NCBI RefSeq assembly: GCF_004010195.1
Contig: NC_057760.1
Coordinates: 1,277,607 to 1,316,962 of the forward strand
Reading direction: 5' to 3'
Origin: Chiloscyllium plagiosum
Taxonomy: Eukaryota
DNA: 39,356 nt
Shown here in pieces: positions 19,301-28,889 of the stretch (within the stretch, counting starts at the first letter, position 1; each line of letters starts with the position of its first letter). Both the position numbers and the translations under genes were made by a program. Below the pieces are notes generated by a model that saw nothing but the letters and a program-made list of their open reading frames with translations, was not told the origin of the DNA and searched no databases.

Positions 19301-22031
19301 TACCTGTCCTGGAGTGTTTAATGGGGATAGTGTTGAGGAAGCTTTACTTTCAGTTTGAAAGAGTGGTGGGAGCGTTACTCTAATCCTATTCTGTCCCTGT
19401 CCTGGGAGTATTTGATAGGGTCAATGTAGTTATTGACTTGCTGTTCAAAAGGGATCTTTTGTGTTCACCTTTAAAGAGCAGTAGAAGCTTCACTCCATAT
19501 TCAGTCCTTTGTAGCTTTGATTCTTTGCACGGGTCTCCTCCTTCAGAAAGTTTGAGGGCTAAGTGCAAGGAAAATCTTCTCGTTGGTGTTTACATTATTG
19601 ACTGTGCCATTCTAAACTCAGCCCATCTGCCTGCACGTGGACCATCTCCCTCTATTCCCTACCTGTTCAGGTCTCTGTCCAAATGTCTGAGTGCAGCATG
19701 TTCCAGCATCTACAAGATAAGTTGCCTCACTTGTCTCGTTTAACCTTTTTCCCCCTCCTCTCACCTTAAACCTACGTCCCCTAGTGTTTAACATTTCCAG
19801 CCTGGGAAAAGGACATCCAATTATCCACCCTATCCATGCCTTTCATGGTCTAATCTACTTCTATTGGGTTGCCCAGCCTCCCCCACTCTATGTTGCCTTC
19901 TCCTCATAATCCTGCATGTTCCTTTTCAAATAACTGTCTAATTCCATTTTGAATGCCTGAGTTGAACCTGCCTCTCCCACTCTCTCAAACCATACACTCC
20001 AGATCTTAACTGCTCCTGGGTGAGAAGGGGATGGAAGGTAACATCGGTCTCTGTGTTTCCCAGCTGCAGACAGAACATTAGTCAGAGACTGTTTGAATTT
20101 GGGAGTATTCTGGATTCTCTGTTGCATCCCCTGGTCCGGAATGACTTAATCCATTCTGTTTGTGTATCTCCCCCGCCCCCGGTAGGTCTCAGCAAGTCAA
20201 GACCGTGCGGCTGAGCACTGTCTGCTCCAGCAACTACATCAACGCAAAGATCAGTACGCGGCCAGCCCTCACCAGCTCACCAACCCATCCCGCAGCTGCC
20301 AGCGACGGTAATGAATTAGGGGCAGGCGAAGGCGATGCAGCCCCTCCAGAGCCAGCGAGTCCAATCTCCGTGGAGGAAGAGAGGAGCAGTCCGCCTCCCG
20401 TATGCGTCGCCGAGGATCACAACGTCCTCAGTCCGGAGCGTGCTGTAGAGGAAGAGAGCCGTCCAGGTCCCATCAGCGACACGGAGGACAAGAACGCTGT
20501 GGGGAGCCCGGTGCCTGTCAAAGAAGACGACAACAACGTTTCCAATCCCGCGAGCGACGAAGAGAACAAGAGCGTTTCGAGCCCCCCGCCGTGTGCACCG
20601 CTCGAGAGCGAGGCTGCGTCAAGTCCAGAGCCCGTCGAAGAGGAGAGTGAGTTGTCTAAGGCGGGCACCGACGGCGAGAGCCAGCCGCAAGAGTCCCCCC
20701 CACGGAGGAAGTCCTTGTCCGAGCAGGAGGTCAAGGTGGTGCTGCACGCCCTGTGCTGCGGCATGCGGGCTGCCACGGAGCGGTACGGTGAGTCCCGGAG
20801 CCAGGTGGAGCAGTGGCTGAACCAGTGCGCGCAGCAGCTTGACCTGCTGAGTGTGGACAGCGAGGCTGGGGCCTCGACTCTGCTCTCCCTGGAGGCCGAG
20901 GAGCGGCTGGTCGAGTGGGTGCTGCTGCAGAGGGAGAGGCAGCTGCCCCTCACCGAGGAGACCTTCCTGCTCAGGCTCTCCGAACTGCTGGGGTCCCCCA
21001 GCCCCGACTCTGACTCCTCCTTCCGCTGCCTCTGGGGCGTGGGCTTCCTCCTGAGGCACAACCTCATCGCCTACGCCAAGATCACTGTGGCCCGCCAGCT
21101 GCCCCGGGAGATGGAGGGCGACGCCCGGAGCTTCCTGGATTTCGCCCAGCGCCTGATCGCCGGCCGCGAGTTCCCCCGCCGCATGATCGGCAACGTGGAC
21201 GAGATCCCGATCTTCCTGGAGCCCGAGGTGCTGAGCCGGCCCGAGGGCACCCCGGGGGCCCTGGGGGTGACCGGCAACGGGCAGCCACAGTTTGTGGTGG
21301 TCTTCACCCTCCTGGCGGACGGCGGCCTGCTGCCCACCATGGTGTTCTCCCGGGGGGGGCTGCCGCCCTGGCTGACGGTGCCCAGCAGCATCCTGCTGGA
21401 GGTGAAGGAGACGGGCCACGGCGAGTCGGAAGTGTTGGAGCTGTGGCTGAGCCGGGTGTGGAAGGGCCACGCGGCCCAGGCCCGGCGCGGCCGGAGCGCC
21501 CTGGTGCTGGACGCCGACCGTGGGCACCTCTCCGACGGTTTCATCGACCGGCTGAGCCGCTGCTGCTCCCTGCCGCTGGTCGTCCCCGCCGGCTGCACCT
21601 CCCGGCTCCAGCCCCTTGACATGTGCGTCAGCCAGGCCTTCCGGAACTTTCTGCAGAAGCGCTGGGCCGAGTACGCCCGCGAGGCGCGCTGCTACCGCGA
21701 CGTCTACGGCGACGTGCTCCAGTCCCTGCTCAACTGGGTGGCTGAGGTCGCTGAATTCGTTGCAGCCAACGGTGACCTGGTACGGCAGTCCTTCGCGGCC
21801 GCCGGCCTCCTGCCGGGCGTCACCTCTGCCCAGCACCGGGCGGCGGTGCAGGAGGAGCTGGTCAGCTTCTTGCAGGAGCAGCTGGAGCTGGGCGCCAGGC
21901 CGGATGACAGCATCAGCGGAGGCGACCAGGCTCCGGGCACCCTGCCCTCTGACCCCAGGCTGCTGACCAGGCTCTTTGAGGCAGAGAGCGACGCTGAGTC
22001 CTTCCATGGTTTCCCCGAGAACGATTTGTAA
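744..22031 (+). CDS. POGZ: POGZ (pogo transposable element-derived zinc finger protein), 3' part. Exons: 744-1093, 3739-3896, 5402-5502, 8117-8263, 8948-9082, 10881-11107, 12025-12174, 13467-13523, 14799-14920, 15696-15851, 18510-18546, 20186-22031. 5' exons lie upstream of the window.
   Basis: All introns are GT-AG with compatible phases; joined length 3486 nt = 1161 aa + stop. Peptides match vertebrate POGZ as I recall it: [93 protein letters not shown]. The terminal DDE domain distinguishes it from ZNF280 paralogues. Confidence 0.96.
1721..3600 (-). mobile_element. 5'-truncated CR1-clade (HER1-like) LINE with decayed reverse transcriptase
   Basis: Frameshifted ORF pieces with [44 protein letters not shown]; ends approximate. 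Confidence 0.92.
3739..3896 (+). CDS. POGZ: POGZ zinc-finger exon (FMNHMKHH...[22 protein letters not shown])
   Basis: ttgcag| ... |gtaagt; phase 2 to 1. Confidence 0.96.
4097..4307. mobile_element. Fold-back Penelope-like non-autonomous element with hammerhead core
   Basis: Inverted arms about 4136-4211 and 4232-4307; - strand reads GCT-CTGATGA-AGAGTC TTCTA GACTT-GAAA-CATT-AGC. Confidence 0.7.
4192..4229 (-). ncRNA. Minimal type-I hammerhead ribozyme motif (palindrome ACGU decayed to ACAU)
   Basis: CUGAUGA, 5-bp stem II, GAAA, 3-bp stem I GCU/AGC. Confidence 0.6.
4610..4830. mobile_element. Fold-back Penelope-like element (GGAGCAG family), degenerate hammerheads in both arms
   Basis: Inverted arms about 4611-4695 and 4707-4790; CTGACAAAGGAGCAGTGCTCCACAAG. 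Confidence 0.65.
5402..5502 (+). CDS. POGZ: POGZ zinc-finger exon ([33 protein letters not shown])
   Basis: ttacag| ... |gtaaag; phase 1 to 0; not in the ORF track, translated by hand. Confidence 0.96.
5739..6256 (+). mobile_element. CR1 LINE 3' fragment with internal tandem duplication
   Basis: CR1 3' sequence; 5911-5991 repeated exactly at 6033-6113. Confidence 0.8.
6283..7702. mobile_element. 1.4-kb fold-back Penelope-like insertion with 13-bp target-site duplication
   Basis: Direct repeat TGATATATTTCCA at 6270-6282 and 7703-7715; inverted arms about 6385-6610 and 7443-7675; CCAC-CTGATGAAGAAGCAG at about 7657-7675. Confidence 0.75.
7025..7187 (+). mobile_element. Nested Penelope-like short element (GGGC..GCCC family) with head-to-head hammerhead halves
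   Basis: Target-site duplication CTTCGGGT(C/T)CATG at 7012-7024 and 7188-7200; - strand TGATGAAGGGCTTTTGCCTGAAACGTCGA. Confidence 0.7.
8117..8263 (+). CDS. POGZ: POGZ zinc-finger exon ([49 protein letters not shown])
   Basis: tggcag| ... |gtgagt; phase 0 to 0. Confidence 0.96.
8586..8769 (-). mobile_element. Fold-back Penelope-like element with intact hammerhead core
   Basis: Target-site duplication CACTGGC(T/C)AGTTT at 8573-8585 and 8770-8782; partial inverted second arm. Confidence 0.72.
8671..8710 (-). ncRNA. Minimal type-I hammerhead ribozyme
   Basis: - strand AUUAC-CUGAUGA-A-GGAG CAGCA CUCC-GAA-AGCU-A/GAAAU: core nucleotides present, palindromic AGCU in place of helix III. Confidence 0.65.
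8948..9082 (+). CDS. POGZ: POGZ zinc-finger exon ([14 protein letters not shown]...EGLQPGTK)
   Basis: tttcag| ... |gttgag; phase 0 to 0. Confidence 0.95.
9121..10210. repeat. Compound CT/CG microsatellite with a 24-bp minisatellite (CTCACTCTCACTCTTTCTCGCTCG, about 15 copies, about 9752-10126)
   Basis: Visible periodicity; explains the (RVSERERV)n spurious ORF. Confidence 0.95.
10881..11107 (+). CDS. POGZ: POGZ linker exon (VTIRTSMGQ...LIDMQDIR)
   Basis: tctcag| ... |gtgggt; phase 0 to 2; starts with conserved VTIR. Confidence 0.92.
12025..12174 (+). CDS. POGZ: POGZ exon, HP1-binding zinc-finger-like (HPZ) region (CLECNID...[27 protein letters not shown])
   Basis: tgacag| ... |gtagga; phase 2 to 2; translated by hand. 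Confidence 0.95.
13467..13523 (+). CDS. POGZ: POGZ short exon ([18 protein letters not shown])
   Basis: ctgcag| ... |gtaatt; phase 2 to 2; PKYL motif matches POGZ. Confidence 0.9.
14305..14680 (-). mobile_element. Degenerate ancient SINE (DeuSINE/SacSINE1-like); similar pieces at about 4330-4600 and 11760-11910 (+)
   Basis: Resembles the Deu-domain SINE body from memory; heavily diverged. Confidence 0.45.
14799..14920 (+). CDS. POGZ: POGZ last zinc-finger exon ([31 protein letters not shown]...)
   Basis: cgacag| ... |gtgagc; phase 2 to 1; CTSCTF...MAxHLxxNPxH as in POGZ. Confidence 0.92.
15183..15486 (-). mobile_element. HE1-like tRNA-derived V-SINE
   Basis: Reverse complement of CAGTGGTTAGCACTGCTGCCTCACGGCGCCAGGG... 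head, V-domain, CR1-like tail. Confidence 0.8.
15696..15851 (+). CDS. POGZ: POGZ linker exon, symmetric phase 1-1, 156 nt ([16 protein letters not shown]...KDESL)
   Basis: Pyrimidine tract + tgacag|, strong |gtaagt donor, open frame; I recall no counterpart in human POGZ. Confidence 0.75.
16607..16736 (+). mobile_element. HE1-like SINE head leading into the 53-bp array
   Basis: GGCACAGTGGCTCAG A-box-like and GGTTCAATTCC B-box. Confidence 0.82.
16737..18068 (+). repeat. 53-bp minisatellite, about 22-23 units, running into an assembly gap
   Basis: Unit GATGTGCAGGTTAGGGTGGATTGGCCATGCTAAATTGTCCCATAGTGCCCAGG. Confidence 0.95.
16993..17112 (+). mobile_element. Short Penelope-like insertion inside the 53-bp array
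   Basis: Begins GAAGGGCTTATGCCCGAAACGTCGA (hammerhead 3' half); 20-bp duplication at 16973-16992 and 17113-17132. Confidence 0.72.
18069..18105. other. Assembly gap (37 N)
   Basis: N run. Confidence 1.
18106..18287 (+). mobile_element. Penelope-like short element with degenerate hammerhead (GAAA changed to GATA)
   Basis: CTGATGAAGGGCTTCTGCCTGATAC from 18164, followed by the family tail GGATGCTGCCTGACCTGCTG...CAGCATCTGCAG. Confidence 0.68.
18510..18546 (+). CDS. POGZ: POGZ 37-nt microexon ([13 protein letters not shown])
   Basis: ctctcccctctgtag| ... |gtaagt; converts phase 1 to phase 2, as needed to join the last exon at 20186. Confidence 0.8.
18760..19520. repeat. Degenerate tandem repeat (GGGACAGTG..AGAGGGAGCTTTACT..TATCT..CTGTCCTGGGAGTGTTT type) with one inverted copy
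   Basis: GAGCTTTACT and GGGGATAGTG motifs recur; inverted AGTAAAGCTC near 18993. Confidence 0.6.
20186..22031 (+). CDS. POGZ: POGZ terminal coding exon: acidic Ser/Pro linker, CENP-B-type HTH, pogo DDE_1 transposase domain, C-terminal FxGF motif
   Basis: ORF 20160-22031; acceptor ggtag| at 20185; motifs [25 protein letters not shown]/CpG-rich. Confidence 0.95.
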
Positions 22032-24359
22032 ATAACCCTGACCAACCCTCCGGGGGTGGGTGGGCGGGCGGGATGGGAGAGGGTGGGCGGGGGGGCTTCG
22101 ATGATGCAGAGGATGTCTGGTGGGGGAGGGCAGTGGGGAAAAAGAGAGCGTGTGCGGATGTGAGAGAGAGGGAGGGAGAAGGGTCTGTCTGAGACTGAGC
22201 TTTAGGCGTAGTTGGTGGGACCCCCCCCCTCAAGCGAGAAGGACCCCGCCACCAGCCTGACCTGCGAGCTTCCCCGCACTTCCCTCTTGACCGGAGTGTC
22301 AGCTCCCCCTTCCGGGGTGTCTCCCTCACAGACCAACCTGTCCCTGCCGCCCGCCCCCGCAGCACTGGCCAGCATGTCTGATTACGAGCGCCAGAATTGA
22401 ACTGTCCGTTGTCGTATCTGCCCGCGGTCAACCCCAACCTTGCTCTCATGAAGAGGGCCTGTGACCTTTTTTTAGAACGGGAGTCTCCCCGCCTCCCCCT
22501 TGTCCTGCCTCTCCGCCTCCCCCAAACACACAGAAACACACAACCCCTCCTTCTGGAACCGGTGATGTGAAGAGCTTCTGAGTTGTCTGCTGCAACGCCC
22601 TCACCCCACCCCCATTTCGTTTCTGTTTCCCGAGCGTGTGGAAGGGTGTCCCTCAAGCCAGCTTGATCCTCATGCCAGTCTCAATCGCTGGTGAATGGAC
22701 TCCTGGCCCGAGCCACTCCTTGTGCCCACCTGCACCCCCACCTCAGGGCACGGAGGCCTGCAAAGTGGGCTAAGACTGTTGGGAGGGGAGGGAAGTTGGT
22801 ATGAGAGGGCGGGGTTCCGAGACACACTTTTAACCTACCTCAGTGGATGGAGCAGGACTCCCGTGGGACCACTTCCAGTAGCACCTTGGTAGTTGGTAGC
22901 TCGAGGTGTGAGGAACTCTAACCATGCCTCCCAGCCCCAACGCTCAGCCTTCCATTGGAGCCCTGGCACCAGACGTACCTGGGTGTACATGCACAGCCTG
23001 GATCAAATGTGTATGCGTGTATATATAACGTGCACACACCAAGACATCCATGTGCACACAGACATGAAAAAGCATGCATGCACACTCCGTCAAACAGCTG
23101 GGATTCGAGAGCTACCATTTCCTCTCCACCCCTTTTCCAAATGGAGAAGCTGCGGTCAGCTAACTCCACAGCGCCTTGGCTGTTCTGGGATCTTGCCGTG
23201 TGCTTGCCCCCCCCCTCCCCCGCCCCACCTACTCTTCAATCAGATTATCAAGGTGACAGTTCAGTTTCAGTTTCCCGAAAACACTACACTGCCCCCAAAA
23301 ATATTTCGGTTAAAGTCTGTGACACAGAGAGGAGGGGTGAGTGGGGGAAATGCCAATGGGAGGCAAGGAGCCAAATCGGGAAGGCTGTGAAATGGTTGGG
23401 CTTGTTCCGAATGGGATTTCTGCCTTTGACCCATCGCTGGGGCGGGTTGAGTGATCTTCTAAGAGGTAGCCAGTTACAAACATAGCACCGCAGCCATCTC
23501 GAATTAAAACCCACAGTCGATCAGTGTGGGAGGTTAACTTTACCTTTTTTTTTAAACCAGGTAGCAACATGCACAGGGGGTGTGGAATTTGGGGGTGGGG
23601 GGGCGTGGTAGTTTTATAAATTTGTTGAAACTTTAGCTATGGATAGATCTGATTTGGGGGGGTGAGGGGAGATGGTATTGAGAAACATATTCGGTCCTCC
23701 CTTTTTCTCGCTGAGGGCGCTGGCAGGGTCAGCACGTTGCTTTGAGAGTCTCCTGGCCTGAGGGTGGTGCCACATCTGTTTTGGGGTTGGGGGATGCAGG
23801 AGTGGTGAATAAATGGTGCCAGTCAAAGCGGCCCTTGGGTAATGGTTTGACGGAGAGGGGCAGCTCTGTTCTCCATGTGAAGGCAGTGATTGGGGGGGGG
23901 ATGTGGAGTTAGAGATCCTTTTCCTCGTGGCCAGGGAGGGTCAGTGGATAGAGGAATGGCTGTGTGTGAGAGAACTGGGGCCTGCAGCCTGTCTGTGCAT
24001 TGGTGTTGACTTCTGCACAGGCACTAGATTTTAGGGAGCGGCCTGAAACTCAGCAATATGGAACTTTCCTAAAGCAGATATTCTAAATGAGTGTATAATG
24101 TATGTTTAATCTCTGCTCAGTTACTTTGCCACAGTTGTAAATAATTGATGTATATAAGGATCAGTGTTTTTCTCTCTCTCTCTCCCCTTCCCCCTCTCTT
24201 GGTGTTTTTGTTTTCTTATACCATCGGCTAAGGCACCAGGTCGCTCAAATGTCCTGATAATATGGGACACATTTTGGCCACCTTCCCCATTGTGGGTACC
24301 CAGGGCTGCCGCAGCCGGTTTAGGGAGCTATCAGAATGCAGGCTGAGCATCCAGGACAA

Positions 24360-24601
24360 GGGTTTCTCTTTTTCCTTTCTCTCACTCTCTTTCCATCTCT
24401 CACTTTTTCTGTCTTGCAATCCTTTTTTTCTTTCTCTCTCTCTCGTTTGCCTTGTTTCTATCTCTGTCTCTCTCTCTCTCTCTCTCTCCCTCCACTCACC
24501 TTGTTTCTCACTCACTTACCTTGTCTCTCACTCACTTGATCATCTTGTTTCTCACTCTGGTTCACTTGCCTCGTTTCCTGCTCTCTCTCACTTGCCATGT
24601 T

Positions 24602-24637
<36 letters not shown>

Positions 24638-24755
24638 GAGTACTTTCTTTCTTGTTTGCTCACCTTGTTTCTCGCAATCCTTTTTTTCCACTCTTGCTCT
24701 CTGGCACTGTCTTTCTCCTGCGCTCTTTTGCTCACTCTCTCTTTTCTCTTCTGCC
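24360..24755. repeat. CT-rich low-complexity/microsatellite tract
   Basis: (CT)n runs and repeated CCTTGTTTCTC motifs. Confidence 0.85.
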
Positions 24756-25094
24756 AAACCACCACTACTGCCAACATTTGACAAGGGCTGCAAGGCTGAC
24801 TAAGATCACCCGCTCCCAAAAGAAATCAGTTGAGGGTATCGGGGGGGAACGCCAGGCTCTGCAGCGAGGCCGTTCACAGGCGATTGGCCTCCCTTCACTT
24901 GTGCCCTCTTGGGCGTGAGGTACTGGGCCCCGAGATCGGGGCTAATCTGCAACTAAATCCCATCTCCCTGATTCCCCTCGTCTAACGGAAGTCCCACCAG
25001 TGGGTTTGAACCCCAGCTGGTGTGATGTTCTCCAGAAGAGTGTAAAACTGTGTTGCATCGCTAACCTGTGGAGGACTCTCGATCCTGGGTCAAC

Positions 25095-25275
25095 CGACAG
25101 AGAAACGCTGGAGAAACCCAGCAGGTCTGGCAGCGTCTGTGGAGAGAGATACAGGGTTAACGTTTCCGAGTCCCGTGTGGCACGAAGCATTCACTCTGTT
25201 TCTCTTTCCACAGATGCTGGGTTTCTTCTGCGTTCTCTGTGATGGTTATAGGTTCCCAGCATCCGCAGTACCTGC
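25095..25275. mobile_element. Fold-back Penelope-like element remnant; related copies at about 28056-28268 and 29915-29985
   Basis: Inverted arms (CAGCGTCTGTGGAGAGAGATACAG / CTGTTTCTCTTTCCACAGATGCTG); - strand GAAACGTT core remnant. Confidence 0.55.
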
Positions 25276-25688
25276 TGTTGTTGTAGGAGGAGGCTGTTCT
25301 GCCCTCCTGTCTGTGCCAGCCCTTTTTTGAAAGAAGCTTTCACCCCAGACTGCGCCACTCCGTTCCCTAATCCTGCAGCATTTTCACCCCCCTACATCAA
25401 GTATTTATCCAGATTTTGAACATGGTAGAGACCCAGGTCCTAGAGGTCTGCTGTGTGTCACTAAAGAAAATGCCCACCCACAACCCCCCCCCCCTGCTGT
25501 GCCACCCCGTCAGGTTGTCCTTGTCATTTATTGTGTGGTACCGTGCCCTCTGGATGCTGTGTCCATCGAGAGTGCCAGCCTACGTGTAGGCTCTTCAGGG
25601 CTGCAACAACAGGCCCTTCTTCCAACCCCCCCCCCCCCCCCCCAACGTTCCTATCCTTTGCAATACCCCCCCCCCCCTCCGACCCCTG

Positions 25689-26256
25689 NNNNNNNNNNNN
25701 NNNNNNNNNNNNNNNNNNNNNNNNNNNNNNNNNNNNNNNNNNNNNNNNNNNNNNNNNNNNNNNNNNNNNNNNNNNNNNNNNNNNNNNNNNNNNNNNNNNN
25801 NNNNNNNNNNNNNNNNNNNNNNNNNNNNNNNNNNNNNNNNNNNNNNNNNNNNNNNNNNNNNNNNNNNNNNNNNNNNNNNNNNNNNNNNNNNNNNNNNNNN
25901 NNNNNNNNNNNNNNNNNNNNNNNNNNNNNNNNNNNNNNNNNNNNNNNNNNNNNNNNNNNNNNNNNNNNNNNNNNNNNNNNNNNNNNNNNNNNNNNNNNNN
26001 NNNNNNNNNNNNNNNNNNNNNNNNNNNNNNNNNNNNNNNNNNNNNNNNNNNNNNNNNNNNNNNNNNNNNNNNNNNNNNNNNNNNNNNNNNNNNNNNNNNN
26101 NNNNNNNNNNNNNNNNNNNNNNNNNNNNNNNNNNNNNNNNNNNNNNNNNNNNNNNNNNNNNNNNNNNNNNNNNNNNNNNNNNNNNNNNNNNNNNNNNNNN
26201 NNNNNNNNNNNNNNNNNNNNNNNNNNNNNNNNNNNNNNNNNNNNNNNNNNNNNNNN
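25689..26256. other. Assembly gap (568 N)
   Basis: N run flanked by poly-C and poly-G. Confidence 1.
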
Positions 26257-26726
26257 TCTGAGCACCGAATTTGGGGGGGGGGGCGCGGGGCAGTGTTGCG
26301 CAGGGAAACGCGCAAAAGTGGGTTGCAAGAGCTGTGCGAGATCTCGGCCAGCCTGGTGCTGTCTAAGGGGAGGTTTTCTTTATATATCTCTCTCTCTCTC
26401 TCGGCATCAGCCCCAGCGCAAAACAAAAATTTTTTTAACATGACAAGAGCACCCCTTCTTTTCGCCATTAAGGGGAGGGGGGGGATAAGTAAAACCTTTG
26501 CTTTTTTTTCTAAAATATAGTCACGGTTCGCCAAGTGGTGGCCATTGGGGGTTTCTTTTTTTTTCCCCTCTCATAGAGAGTTAAGCTGATGTACGATAAT
26601 TTGCATGGATTACTGTAACTTTTAAACTTTTTGTGTCACTGAACTTTTTGTTTATGTTTTGACCCCTTCACCCCAGTTGCTTTGTAAGTAATGGACAATG
26701 TACCTGTAATTGAGAAAGGACAAGGA

Positions 26727-26732
26727 AATAAA
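26727..26732 (+). promoter_or_regulatory. Candidate POGZ polyadenylation signal AATAAA (alternative at 23808-23813)
   Basis: AATAAA after about 300 nt of U-rich, UGUA-containing unique sequence; separated from the stop codon by an assembly gap. Confidence 0.5.
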
Positions 26733-26924
26733 AGTCTCTTTTTTTTAAAAAAAAAACACACATTTCTATAAACTATAACCGGACTGCTTGTGATGGTTTA
26801 TTTTACTGCTAGGAGTCGGTCTTTTAACAGGGTTGTCTTGAAAACTCGGGGGTGTAATTTTAAAGCAGAAGGCAGGAGGTTTTCAAGAGATGCATTTTCA
26901 CCCAGAGGAAGGGATCTGGAATGC

Positions 26925-27985
26925 ACCGACCTTTATAGAGGTTTACAAAATCATGAGGGGGGCATGGATAAGGTGAATAGGCAAAGTCTTTTCCCTTGGG
27001 TCAGGGAGTCCAGAACTAGAGGGGCATAGGTTTAGAGTGAGGGGGGCAACTTTTTCACACAGAGGGTGGTACATGTATGGAATGAGCTGCCAGAGGAAGT
27101 GGTGGAGGCTGGTACAATGACAACATTTAAGAGGCATTTGGATGGGGACATGAATAGGAAGGGTTTGGAGAGATATGGGCCGGGTGCTGGCAGGTGGGAC
27201 TAGATTGGGTTGGGATATCTGGTCGGCATGGACGGGTTGGACCGAATGGTCTGTTTCCATGCTGTCCGTCTCTATGACTCTAAACCCCTCGACCTTTTTA
27301 AGAAAAACTACTTGGGTGTGCCCTTGTACTCCAGGTGTGACCTCATTACTGTGTGAGGTTTTGGTCTCCTTACTTGAGAAAGGATGTACTGACATTGGAC
27401 GGGGTGCAGAGGAGGTTCACCAGGTTGATTCTGCAGTTGAGAGGGTTTGGCGTATGAGGAGAGACGGAGTAGACTGGGATTATACTCATTGGAATTTAGA
27501 AGATTGAGGGGGGTAAATTGTAGAGACATAAAAAGTGATAAAGGGAATAGGTAAGGGAGGTTGCTTCCACAGGAAGGTGAAACTAGAATGGAGGGGGGTG
27601 GGAGCAGATTTAGGACTGAGCTGAAGAGGAACTTCTTCACCCAGAGGGTTGTGAATCTGTGGAATTCCTCACCCAGTTGGGGCTACCTCATTGCATGCTT
27701 TTAAGGCGCAGTTTTGAACAGTAAAGGAACGAAGGTGAGCTCAAAGCTGTGGGCCTGGTGCAGGAAAGTGGGACCAGTGTAGCTGTTTGTATGTGTAGTT
27801 TTGACGGTACAGACTTGATAGGCCAAAGGGCCTCTTCTGTACTGATGAAGGGCTCTTGCCCGACACGTTGATTTTCCTGCTCCTCAGATGCTGCCTGAAC
27901 TGCTGTGCTTTTCCAGCACCTCTCTAATCTCCAGCATCTGCTGTACCCAACTCCACCTCTTCTGTACTGTATCATTCTGATGTGA
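26925..27985 (+). mobile_element. Two tandem CR1 LINE 3' fragments (about 26925-27281 and 27340-27985)
   Basis: ACACAGAGGGTGGT..TGGAATGAGCTGCCAGAGG and TTCTTCACCCAGAGGGTTGTGAATCTGTGGAATTC signatures. Confidence 0.85.
27845..27955 (+). mobile_element. Penelope-like short element inserted in a CR1 tail
   Basis: Perfect 14-bp duplication CCTCTTCTGTACTG at 27831-27844 and 27956-27969; CTGATGAAGGGCTCTTGCCCGACACGTT. Confidence 0.72.
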
Positions 27986-28889
27986 TGGGGGTTTTTTTTG
28001 CCTCTCTTCGTACCACTGTGGGTTAATGGAGAGAGGTGATGGCGATAGAATTCTGTTAGCATCTGAAAGAGGAAAAACAATCGCAGGAAACATTAGAGAA
28101 ACTCAACAGATCTGCTAGCACAAGCAAAGAGAGAAGCAGTTCACAGAATTGATAGGTGTTGGAAACTGTATATACGTCTGACAGAGATGAAAAAGTCAAC
28201 TGTTTTTCTCTCTCCCATTGATGCTGGCAGACCTGCTGAGTTTCTCCAGCGTCCTGAGAGTTTGTTCCAAAAGGCAAATGGTTCGGGAAGAGGGGGGGAA
28301 AAAAAAAGACGTAATGTGGGTGTCAAGTGAAGATGTGGAAGAAGCACCCCGTCTACTAAAACAAGGAAAGGGTGGGTTTGGAGTGAATGCAAGGATAACA
28401 GGTGCAACATGGTCAGTTTTTGGAATTCGGTGTCGGGGCCGTGGAGGGTGTAAAGTGCTAAAGCCGAACGGCAGCTGTTGTTTCTCAAGCTTGTGTTGTC
28501 CTTCATCCGTGGACCTGGGCGCAGAGATACCAGCACGAAAGCAAAGGTGCACGATTGAAATGGCAATGTTTGGATTCTTCGGGGTGGTCCTTTTTATTTG
28601 ACATTGTTTGTGTCTTGTGCCCCCTAAGCCCTGTTGAATTTATTCCTTGATCCGAGGCTTGGGATCTCCCTTGCCCTGAGCGACGAAGCGCCTGTCAGCA
28701 TTGATGTGTGAGTACGTGACCGGTACACGTGGAGTGAAACTTTGGCCATATGCAACAGAGGCCACTCCAGCCCTGCTCTGTCATTAAGAACCTGGTGACC
28801 TCTGTAGAAAGTCGAAAGCTTCTGCGTCAGACACGTGGATGACCCCCTTACTCTCCAATTGGAAGTTTCGTTTTCGTCACCTTCCAGGG

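Noticed and set aside
20193..20195. Alternative acceptor CTCAG| at 20192 for the last exon
   Set aside because: Phase 0; incompatible with the phase 1 or phase 2 upstream donors identified
20619..22007. 462-aa antisense ORF and other long ORFs overlapping the last POGZ exon
   Set aside because: Expected shadow of a GC3-rich coding strand; no recognisable domain
20186..22031. Autonomous pogo transposon
   Set aside because: No TIRs or TA duplication seen; spliced in frame to zinc-finger exons, so a domesticated gene
25499..26534. Long ORFs across N runs (also 36043-36795)
   Set aside because: Artefacts of assembly gaps
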